Assembly (NCBI GenBank): GCA_965204725.1
Contig: OZ242005.1
Coordinates: 1,344,001-1,408,000 of the forward strand
DNA from: Candidatus Latescibacterota bacterium
GTDB lineage: Bacteria; Latescibacterota; UBA2968; UBA8231
Reading direction: 5' to 3'
DNA length: 64,000 bases
Shown: piece after piece, positions 57,315 through 64,000 of the stretch
Numbering within the stretch: position 1 is the stretch's first letter
Layout: each line of letters begins with the position of its first letter
Position numbers and translations under genes: made by a program
Notes under the pieces: model-generated
Database searches by the model: none
What the model was told of the DNA's origin: nothing
The model's input: only the letters and a program-made list of their open reading frames with translations

Positions 57315-60203
57315 TCAGCGATTGTAACCAATCGAAATCGAGAACGAGCGGCCTTGGTAGTACTGGCTGGCGATGTAATCGGCGCCTTGGTAGCGATACG
57401 CCTTGGCAAAGGAGGAATCGAGGAGGTTTTTGGCGCTCAGCTTGATCTTGTACTCGTGCCACTGCTGAGAGAAGGTGCAGTCGAAGGTGCCGCGCTCCTC
57501 CTCGAACACGTCCGGGGTCCCGCCGAGGCTGACTTCGGCCAAGCGCCGGCCGAACATGTTGTAGTAGATACCGGCGGCCGTGCCGGTGGCGAAGTTGTCG
57601 TAGCTGAGATTGAGGTTCAGGAGGAAGGGCGATTGTCCTTGCAGCGAGCGCTCGCGAGCCGCTTGCGGGTTGAGGGCTTGGCGCAGCGTTAGCTCGGTGG
57701 AGTCGATCGCGACCTTGGAGCGGAGCAGCGACAGGTTGCCGCCGGCGTGGAAGTGCTCGGGTAGGAGGAATCCGAGGCTGTGCCGCCCCTCGAACTCAAC
57801 CCCGGACACTTGGGCGGTTTCGACGTTTTGGAACTGAACCTCGCCGTTGACCGTGAGAATGACGCGCTCAATGGGGTTTTTGAAGTCCTTGTAAAACACG
57901 CTGGCCGCGTACAGCTCGCCGGGGCGGCCAAAGTGCTCCCAGCGCAAGTCGTAGTTGTCGATCCGGGTCCGCTCTAGCTCGGCGTTGCCGATAAAGGTAA
58001 AGCCGCCGACGAAACTGAACGAGGCAAACGGGGCCAACTCGCGGAAGGTCGGCCGGGCGAGGGTGCGGCCGTAGGAAGCGCGCACATTCATGCCGGGGCG
58101 GATTTCCCAGACGGCGTTGAGCGAGGGTAGTAGGTCGTTTTCGGCGAGTCGGCCGGCGGTCTTGGTCGGGTCTTGGCTGGCTACGTCGATGCGCGTGGCT
58201 TCAAGCCGGGTCCCCCCCACGAGGCGCAACTTGGTATTGATGGGCAATTCGAGCATTGCGTAGCCGGCGTAGATTTGCTGGTCGCCGTCGAAATTGCTCG
58301 AAAGTTGGGTGGCGTCTTGGACGTAGGAGCCGAAGCGGTACTGCCGCCCATTGCGGCTGGTCAGCCCCACCTTTTCGGCCTCAAAAAAGGTGTTGGGCTG
58401 GCCGTCGTAGTCGATGTCGTCTTGGTCAAATTCGTAGCGCCGCTCGCGAAAGGCGCGCTGTTTGTCCAGAGCCAAGAAGCCGGTTTTAAGGTAGCTGTTG
58501 ATGCCCTGCCATTGCTTGAAGGGATAGGTCAGGTTGAGCTGGAATTCGCGGTTGCTCTCGTCGAGATCGCGGAAGTAGCGAGTGGGCAATGGGTAAATCG
58601 AGGGCGAGATCGAGTAATCCGTGACCGGACCGCGGATGACTTTGTCGTTTTCGTCGCGCAGTACCTCGCCGTTTTCGCCGCGCAACGGGCGGTTTTTGGT
58701 GACGTAGTTGTTGGTAAAAAATCGCAGGTCCGGCTCTGCTTGGGTTGAAGCAGAAGCGGACGCCGACCATTCGGCCCGCAGGTCGCGCAAGCCGCCAAAG
58801 TAGTGTTTGCCAGCCAGTTGCAGCGATTGGATTTGGCGCTCGGTAAACTGCAAAACGCGCGTCTCGTACAGGGCGTCCTCTTCGAGATCGCGGGGGAACG
58901 CGCCGGCTAGGTAGCGGGCGACGTCTTCGCTGTTGCGGTTGTACAGGTTGGTCGCGGACAATTCGTGCGTGGGCGATGGCTTGATGGACAAGGTGACGAG
59001 GCTGCCCCAGGCGATTTCCCGTGCCCCCCGGGTGTCGGCGAGGTTAAAGTTATTGGTCAGGGTCTTGGCTTCCTTACTGGTGAGTTGCCAACGGGCTGAG
59101 GTGCCGTTGTCGTAAAAGGATGCGCTGTTGCTGTAGCTGAGAGTGCCGAGGAAGCCAACGGGCCGGTCCAAGAGCGAAACTTGGTTGCCCAAGGCGACCG
59201 AATAGCTCTGGTTGAGCGGTGCGGTCGCGGTGGTGGGGGCCATGACCGAGGAGAACGACTTGGAATACTCGTCGAGCCGCAGGGCCTTTTCCTCGTCGTT
59301 GTACGCCGCGCCCACATCGGGAATTTCTGCATCGCTGGTGGCCAGCGCAGTGGGAATTTCTCGCGTCCCGTCGTCGATGCCGATCCAATCGAGGTCGCCG
59401 CCCTCGTAGGTGAGGAACTGGTCGTTAAACGAGCTTTGGGTATTGAATTTGGTCGAGGCCGACACGGAAAGGGTGAAGTGATCGGGAAACGCCTTGGTGC
59501 CAATGTTGACCGAACCGCCGGTAAAGTCGCCGGGCTTGTCCGGGGTAAAGCTCTTGGTGGTGACGATGTTGTCTAAGAGCGAAGTGGGGAAGAGATCCAT
59601 GGGGACAGCCCGCTTGTCGGGGTCGGCGTTGGGAAGCGAAGAGCCGTTGAGCTGGACCGAGCTATAGCGGTCGCCTAGCCCGCGGATATAGACGTATTTG
59701 CCCCCCACGACCGAGGCACCCGGTACGTGCGCCATGGCCTCGGCCGCGTCGCCGCTGCCAGCCCGTGCGATTTCCTCGGCGCTAATGGCATCGCTGACTG
59801 CGGGGGCCTTTTGGCGTTCCTTGAGCAGGGCCGCACCGGTATTGCGCAGGGCCTTGGCCTCAACGATGACCTCGTCGTCGATTTCTAAGGCTTCGGGCAT
59901 GAGGGTGATGACCAGTTTGGCGCCCTCGCCGTCTTGTACCTCAACGCCGATAATCGACGCATCTTGATAGCCGATCATCGAGCTGGCCAGCACATAGGTC
60001 CCGCTCGGGACCTCGAAAAGCTGAAACCGCCCCTCGACATCGCAGGTCATGCCGATCTGAGTGCCTTCTAGGAAGACCAGTGCGCCCACGAGCGGGTCGC
60101 CGGTCTGGCGGTCGAGAACCACGCCGGAGAGGGTGCCTTGGGCCGAGGCCGGCCGGGCAAGAGCTAACAGGGCGAGGCCGACGATGGACAAGCAGCACTT
60201 CAT
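57315..60203 (-). CDS. TonB-dependent receptor with N-terminal carboxypeptidase-regulatory-like domain
   Basis: GGAGG RBS before ATG 60203. G.V.D..TG.PL.GA. Plug motif YVYIRGLGDRY..V.LNG, DLFP, KSFTPD. Ends NLLD..GRSFSISIGYNR. Confidence 0.93.
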   Translation of the reverse strand: MKCCLSIVGLALLALARPASAQGTLSGVVLDRQTGDPLVGALVFLEGTQIGMTCDVEGRFQLFEVPSGTYVLASSMIGYQDASIIGVEVQDGEGAKLVITLMPEALEIDDEVIVEAKALRNTGAALLKERQKAPAVSDAISAEEIARAGSGDAAEAMAHVPGASVVGGKYVYIRGLGDRYSSVQLNGSSLPNADPDKRAVPMDLFPTSLLDNIVTTKSFTPDKPGDFTGGSVNIGTKAFPDHFTLSVSASTKFNTQSSFNDQFLTYEGGDLDWIGIDDGTREIPTALATSDAEIPDVGAAYNDEEKALRLDEYSKSFSSVMAPTTATAPLNQSYSVALGNQVSLLDRPVGFLGTLSYSNSASFYDNGTSARWQLTSKEAKTLTNNFNLADTRGAREIAWGSLVTLSIKPSPTHELSATNLYNRNSEDVARYLAGAFPRDLEEDALYETRVLQFTERQIQSLQLAGKHYFGGLRDLRAEWSASASASTQAEPDLRFFTNNYVTKNRPLRGENGEVLRDENDKVIRGPVTDYSISPSIYPLPTRYFRDLDESNREFQLNLTYPFKQWQGINSYLKTGFLALDKQRAFRERRYEFDQDDIDYDGQPNTFFEAEKVGLTSRNGRQYRFGSYVQDATQLSSNFDGDQQIYAGYAMLELPINTKLRLVGGTRLEATRIDVASQDPTKTAGRLAENDLLPSLNAVWEIRPGMNVRASYGRTLARPTFRELAPFASFSFVGGFTFIGNAELERTRIDNYDLRWEHFGRPGELYAASVFYKDFKNPIERVILTVNGEVQFQNVETAQVSGVEFEGRHSLGFLLPEHFHAGGNLSLLRSKVAIDSTELTLRQALNPQAARERSLQGQSPFLLNLNLSYDNFATGTAAGIYYNMFGRRLAEVSLGGTPDVFEEERGTFDCTFSQQWHEYKIKLSAKNLLDSSFAKAYRYQGADYIASQYYQGRSFSISIGYNR

Positions 60204-60270
60204 AAACTGAAAACCTCCCTTGGGGACTAGATAGAAGTCAAAAATGATAGAGAGGCTGTGTTGAGAAGAG

Positions 60271-60299
60271 GTTACTGCAAAATTACAATCCGGTGACAA
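60271..60299 (-). promoter_or_regulatory. Putative Pho boxes for the TBDR
   Basis: Minus strand TTGTCAC-n4-TTGTAAT-n4-CAGTAAC, 11-nt period. Confidence 0.65.
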
Positions 60300-60342
60300 A
60301 GGGCCTTGGCGGAAGGATGTCCAACGCGAGGCGAGCGAAAAA

Positions 60343-60382
60343 TCGTCACCATTTCGTAACAGTGTTGTAACGATGGCGTCAT
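60343..60382 (+). promoter_or_regulatory. Putative Pho boxes for the porin-pst operon
   Basis: TCGTCAC-n4-TCGTAAC-n4-TTGTAAC-n4-GCGTCAT. Four half-sites at 11-nt period resembling CTGT(C/A)A(T/C). Confidence 0.72.
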
Positions 60383-60458
60383 ATTGCGAGCGGATTTTGT
60401 AGGTGGAAAAAGAAATGGGGCCTAATTTCGCACCGGACGAAGGAGCGTTGTAACACAA

Positions 60459-61415
60459 ATGCAAAAAACGATACGACTCATCGCCGGGTTGCTTTGCTGC
60501 TCGGCCACCGCAGTTCAAGCCGAGGCGGGTACAATCCAAGGCGTTATGTTCAGCGACTACTACTATGTATTGGCCGCCGAGCAGGTTGCCAAGCGCAATG
60601 CTTTCCGGTTCCGCCGGCTGTACTTCACGTACCAAAAGGATGTCGCTACCGACTTTGCGATTCGCTTCCGCCTCGAAGCCAAGGACGCGGGGTTTGCCCA
60701 AGGCGAGAAGATGCGGCCTTTCGTCAAGCACTCCTACTTGCGGTGGAAGAGGGCACTCGGCGATGCGGATCTATACTTGGGGCTTTCGGGGACGCCGACT
60801 TGGGCGGTCGCCGAAAAGGTCTGGGGCTACCGCTCGATAGCCAAGACCGTGCTCGACTACAATAAAATCGGCTCTTCGGCCGACTTGGGCGTGGCGCTCA
60901 AAGGCAAGGCCGCCCGGCTGCGCTATCACCTAATGGTCGGCAACGGTCCCGGACAGGGGCCAGAGGACGACCACGGCAAGAAGTTCTATGGGTCGTTGAG
61001 TTTTAAGGCGGCGGACCGCTGGGTGTTGGAAGGCTATGCAGACTTCAATGCAAAGCCGGTTGGTCGCAACGAGCGGACCTTCAAGGGTTTCGTCGGCTGG
61101 CAGGGCGCGCAGGGCGCGGCCGGGCTGGAGGTTTTCTCGCGCACCAACGCACGGGCCGGCGATGGCGGTGAAGACCAAGTTCTCTCCGGGGTCTCGGGCT
61201 TCGGCTCGCTGTCGCTCGGTGCTGCGCTCAAGGGCTTTGGCCGGTTCGATGCGGTGGCCGACGACGCGGAGGATGCCACCGATTGGCTCTTCATCGCCGG
61301 GCTCGACTACGCCGCCGCGACCGCCGTCCACCTGATGCCCAATGTGTTCGTCGCGCTGCCCGAAGGCCGCGATGCCAACGTCGAGGGGCGGTTGACCTTT
61401 TTCTGTAAATTCTAA
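60459..61415 (+). CDS. Putative phosphate-selective porin (outer-membrane beta-barrel)
   Basis: Signal peptide, F.FRRLYFTY, RFRLE, SSADLG, NG.G, terminal Phe. Lies directly upstream of pstS. Confidence 0.72.
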   Translation: MQKTIRLIAGLLCCSATAVQAEAGTIQGVMFSDYYYVLAAEQVAKRNAFRFRRLYFTYQKDVATDFAIRFRLEAKDAGFAQGEKMRPFVKHSYLRWKRALGDADLYLGLSGTPTWAVAEKVWGYRSIAKTVLDYNKIGSSADLGVALKGKAARLRYHLMVGNGPGQGPEDDHGKKFYGSLSFKAADRWVLEGYADFNAKPVGRNERTFKGFVGWQGAQGAAGLEVFSRTNARAGDGGEDQVLSGVSGFGSLSLGAALKGFGRFDAVADDAEDATDWLFIAGLDYAAATAVHLMPNVFVALPEGRDANVEGRLTFFCKF

Positions 61416-61430
61416 TGGGCGTTCTTCCAA

Positions 61431-61515
61431 GGATCGAGGGCGGGACGCCCTCGATCCCGGATTCAGCGGAAGCACCAGAAAATGCGGACGTAAAGCAGGT
61501 GTCGCGTACTTAGGG
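61431..61515. repeat. REP/MITE-like element, copy 2
   Basis: Perfect hairpin GGATCGAGGGC-GGGAC-GCCCTCGATCC, then CGGATTCAGCGGAAGCACCAGAAAA..AGGTGTCGCGTACTTAGGG, homologous to 33317-33366 and 33437-33497. Confidence 0.82.
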
Positions 61516-61517
61516 CG

Positions 61518-61557
61518 TTGTAACTCAAGTTTCATCCGCGAGACACGCGGGTGTAAC
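61518..61557 (+). promoter_or_regulatory. Putative Pho boxes upstream of pstS
   Basis: TTGTAAC, GTTTCAT, GAGACAC, GTGTAAC at 11-nt period. The middle two are degenerate. Confidence 0.5.
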
Positions 61558-61612
61558 ACAAATTCTGCAAACTGTACAAAACGGCCATACTGAAATGGCA
61601 TGGGGAAGCAAA

Positions 61613-62581
61613 ATGAAAAAGAAATGGCTCGGGATGGCGCTGATTGGGGTGTTCGCCGCCGGCGTCCACGCGCAGACCATCGACATAGATGAGCGAATCG
61701 CACCCTACGAGAAGGTGCGCGGGCTGTCCGGCAACGCCAGCAGCATTGGCTCGGACACCATGAACAACATGATGGCCCTGTGGTTGGAGGCTTTTCGCAA
61801 ATACTATCCCAACGTCAAGATCCAAATCGAAGGCAAAGGGTCGAGTACCGCGCCGCCGGCCTTGATTGAGGGCACGGCCCAGTTCGGGCCGATGTCGCGG
61901 CCCATGAAGTCGAGCGAGGAGGACAAATTCGACCGCGCCTTTGGCTACAAGCCAACGCCCTTGCGGGCCGCGCTCGACGCGCTCGCGGTCTTTGTCAACA
62001 AGGACAACCCCATCGCGGGCCTGACCCTGCCGCAAGTCGATGCGATTTTTTCCAAGACCCGCCGCAGCGAGTTCCCCCGCGATATTACCCTTTGGGGCCA
62101 CTTGGGGCTGAGCGGCGATTGGGCCAAGGCCCAGATCAGCCTCTACGGCCGCAACTCGGCCTCGGGCACCTATGGCTTTTTTAAGAAGCAGGCCCTGTTC
62201 AAAGGCGACTATAAGGACGAAGTCAAGGAACAGCCCGGGTCGGCGTCCGTCGTGCAGGGGATTACTGAGGACCGCTTTGCCATCGGCTACAGCGGCATTG
62301 GCTATCGGACCTCGGGCGTGCGCGTCGTGCCGTTGGCCAAGGCCGAGGGAGAGGAGTTTAGGCAAGGCTCCATGGAAAACGTGCTGAACGGCTCCTATCC
62401 CTTGGGCCGCTTCCTATACATTTATATTAACAAGGCCCCCGGCCAAGCCATGGACCCGCTCGTGCGGGAGTTCTGCACGTTCATTTTCTCCAAAGAGGGT
62501 CAAGAAATTGTGGTCAAAGACGGCTATATGCCCGTGCCGTTTGCAGTGGCCCAAGCCGAATTGGCCAAACTGGCCAACTAA
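61613..62581 (+). CDS. pstS: Phosphate ABC transporter substrate-binding protein
   Basis: GSDTMNN, EGKGSSTAPPAL, MSR.MK, YGRNSASGTYGFFK, IGYSGIGY, YPL.RFLYIY. Confidence 0.95.
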   Translation: MKKKWLGMALIGVFAAGVHAQTIDIDERIAPYEKVRGLSGNASSIGSDTMNNMMALWLEAFRKYYPNVKIQIEGKGSSTAPPALIEGTAQFGPMSRPMKSSEEDKFDRAFGYKPTPLRAALDALAVFVNKDNPIAGLTLPQVDAIFSKTRRSEFPRDITLWGHLGLSGDWAKAQISLYGRNSASGTYGFFKKQALFKGDYKDEVKEQPGSASVVQGITEDRFAIGYSGIGYRTSGVRVVPLAKAEGEEFRQGSMENVLNGSYPLGRFLYIYINKAPGQAMDPLVREFCTFIFSKEGQEIVVKDGYMPVPFAVAQAELAKLAN

Positions 62582-62593
62582 GAGCGCGGCCCC

Positions 62594-64000
62594 GTGACCC
62601 CCAAGCCCCATAAGCGCGGGATCACGCCGCGCGCACGAGCGATTGACTGGCTGGGTCGGCACTTTATCTCCTTTGGTGGCATCGGCATTGTGGCCGCTGT
62701 CTTGGGGATATTCGTCTTCGTCCTCGCCGAGGCTTGGCCCCTGTTCCGCGCCCCGAACCTACAAGCAGAAAAAGCGCACCGCGTGGTCGGCCCATTTGCC
62801 ATTGGGCTCGACCCCTATTATCAGACCGCGTATGCGGTCGGCCCCCAAGGGGTGGATTTGTTGCGGCTGGACGATGGGCAAGTCATCCGCCGGGTGCGGC
62901 CGGCCGAGCTCACGGGCCGTGCGGTAACGGCCGCCCAGCGAAACGACGTTTTGGCGCTGGGCACGAGCGATGGTCGCCTGCTTTTGGCGCAGGTCCGCTT
63001 TCCGCTCGACTACAGCAGTGGCCAGCGGCAGGTGGTGCCGCAATTTGCGGCTGAGCGTCTCGTCGCGGTCGATCCGGCGGGCGAGCCGCTGGTGCGGGTG
63101 ACCTTTCGGCAAGGGGACGATGGCCGTTCGGGCGCGGCGGCGATTACGGCGAGCGGCCGCTTGGTGCTGATGATGGCCGAGCAGCAGCAGGGCCTGTTGG
63201 GGCCGGGCGAGCGCAAAGCAATGCACTACGAGCTAACGGCCGCCCTCGACGGCAAGGCCACGCAGGTGCTGCTCGATGGCCGCATTCGCCAGATGCTGGT
63301 GGGGACGGATCAAGGGCAGGTGTGCGAGTGGCGGCTGGGCGCAGTGGAGCAAGCGCCGGCGTTTGTAGGATGCTTGGCCGTCTCGGAGGTTGCGGTTTCG
63401 GCGCTAGGGTACGCGCTGGGCGAGATTTCGCTGGTCGTCGGCGACGCAACCGGCCACGTCAGCGCGTGGTTTAAGATCGAGGAGGTCGGGCAGCGGTCGT
63501 ATCGCAAAATCCACGCCTTTGCCGCTCATGCGGCGGCTGTCACCCACATTGCCGCCTCGCCGCGCGACAAGCAGTTTCTCACGGCCGACGCCGAGGGGGC
63601 GATAGCCCTGCACCACCTGACCTCCGAGCAGACGACCTTCCAACAGCCGGGCGACTCTCCGGTGACCGCGTTGGTTTTCGCGCCCAAGGCCGACGGATTT
63701 TTGGCCCTCGGCCAAGACGGGTGGCTGCGGCGCTTTGCCCTGGACCATCCCCATCCCGAAATCAGCGCGGCCGTGCTATTGGCTCCTATCTGGTACGAGG
63801 GGTACAAGGGCCGCGAATACGTGTGGCAGTCCACCGGCGGCACGGACGAGTTCGAGCCGAAGCTCAGCTTGGTGCCGCTGATTTGGGGCACGGCCAAGGG
63901 GACGTTCTACGCCCTGCTCTTCGCCCTGCCCTTGGCGGTTTTAGCAGCGATTTACACGGCTGAATTTGCCTCGCCGCGCGTCCAAGGGTTGGTCAAGCCG
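62594..64000 (+). CDS. pstC: Phosphate ABC transporter permease PstC with periplasmic beta-propeller (runs off the window; absent from the ORF track)
   Basis: GTG at 62594: ..IDWLGRHFISFGGIGIVAAVLGIFVFVLAEAWPLF. WD40-like repeats. Near the window end: YVWQSTGGTDEFEPKLSLVPLIWGT.KGTFYA. Confidence 0.88.
   Translation, partial: MTPKPHKRGITPRARAIDWLGRHFISFGGIGIVAAVLGIFVFVLAEAWPLFRAPNLQAEKAHRVVGPFAIGLDPYYQTAYAVGPQGVDLLRLDDGQVIRRVRPAELTGRAVTAAQRNDVLALGTSDGRLLLAQVRFPLDYSSGQRQVVPQFAAERLVAVDPAGEPLVRVTFRQGDDGRSGAAAITASGRLVLMMAEQQQGLLGPGERKAMHYELTAALDGKATQVLLDGRIRQMLVGTDQGQVCEWRLGAVEQAPAFVGCLAVSEVAVSALGYALGEISLVVGDATGHVSAWFKIEEVGQRSYRKIHAFAAHAAAVTHIAASPRDKQFLTADAEGAIALHHLTSEQTTFQQPGDSPVTALVFAPKADGFLALGQDGWLRRFALDHPHPEISAAVLLAPIWYEGYKGREYVWQSTGGTDEFEPKLSLVPLIWGTAKGTFYALLFALPLAVLAAIYTAEFASPRVQGLVKP

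Noticed and set aside
60204-60731. N-terminal extension of the TBDR ORF to 60731 (likewise extensions to 57462, 13856, 27156, 9925, 1927, 44680, 53639)
   Set aside because: The extensions overlap neighbouring genes or promoters. Downstream starts have an RBS, a signal peptide or translational coupling.
62594-64000. Beta-propeller insertion in PstC as a novelty
   Set aside because: Long PstC proteins with this periplasmic domain are already known, for example in Pseudomonas-type pst operons.
1-64000. tRNA, rRNA or known riboswitch genes
   Set aside because: None recognised in the short intergenic regions. An Infernal/Rfam and tRNAscan run would be needed to exclude them formally.

Overview
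GC-rich bacterial DNA. A T9SS/Por-type C-terminal domain, GHL10-like paralogs, many Gfo/Idh/MocA, SDR and PhyH enzymes and an AAA-PD-(D/E)XK gene suggest an FCB-group organism such as Ca. Latescibacterota; this is inference only. About 48 CDS are supported. They include an outer-membrane protein/parvulin/TPR trio, a sugar catabolism cluster with an SBP-permease fusion, recG, trpBA, aspartate kinase, glgC and a Pho-box-controlled TBDR/T9SS-protein/porin/pstSC block. The best candidate for a new system is an ECF sigma / membrane anti-sigma / exported caspase (C14) module at 11032-14949. There the same R-x-[KR]-G-G motif occurs twice in the caspase and once in the anti-sigma periplasmic linker, suggesting caspase-driven trans-envelope signalling. 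Other highlights: a stand-alone MurG-HEAT fusion with a divergent MraY; a collapsed CRISPR-Cas relic (34-codon cas6 stub, leader-like DNA, one 37-nt repeat); two putative defence cassettes (PHP-ATPase + Schlafen; DUF262 + HEPN); a composite REP/MITE-like element present twice; and a DUF547 deletion scar. All family assignments come from motif recognition by eye, not database searches.
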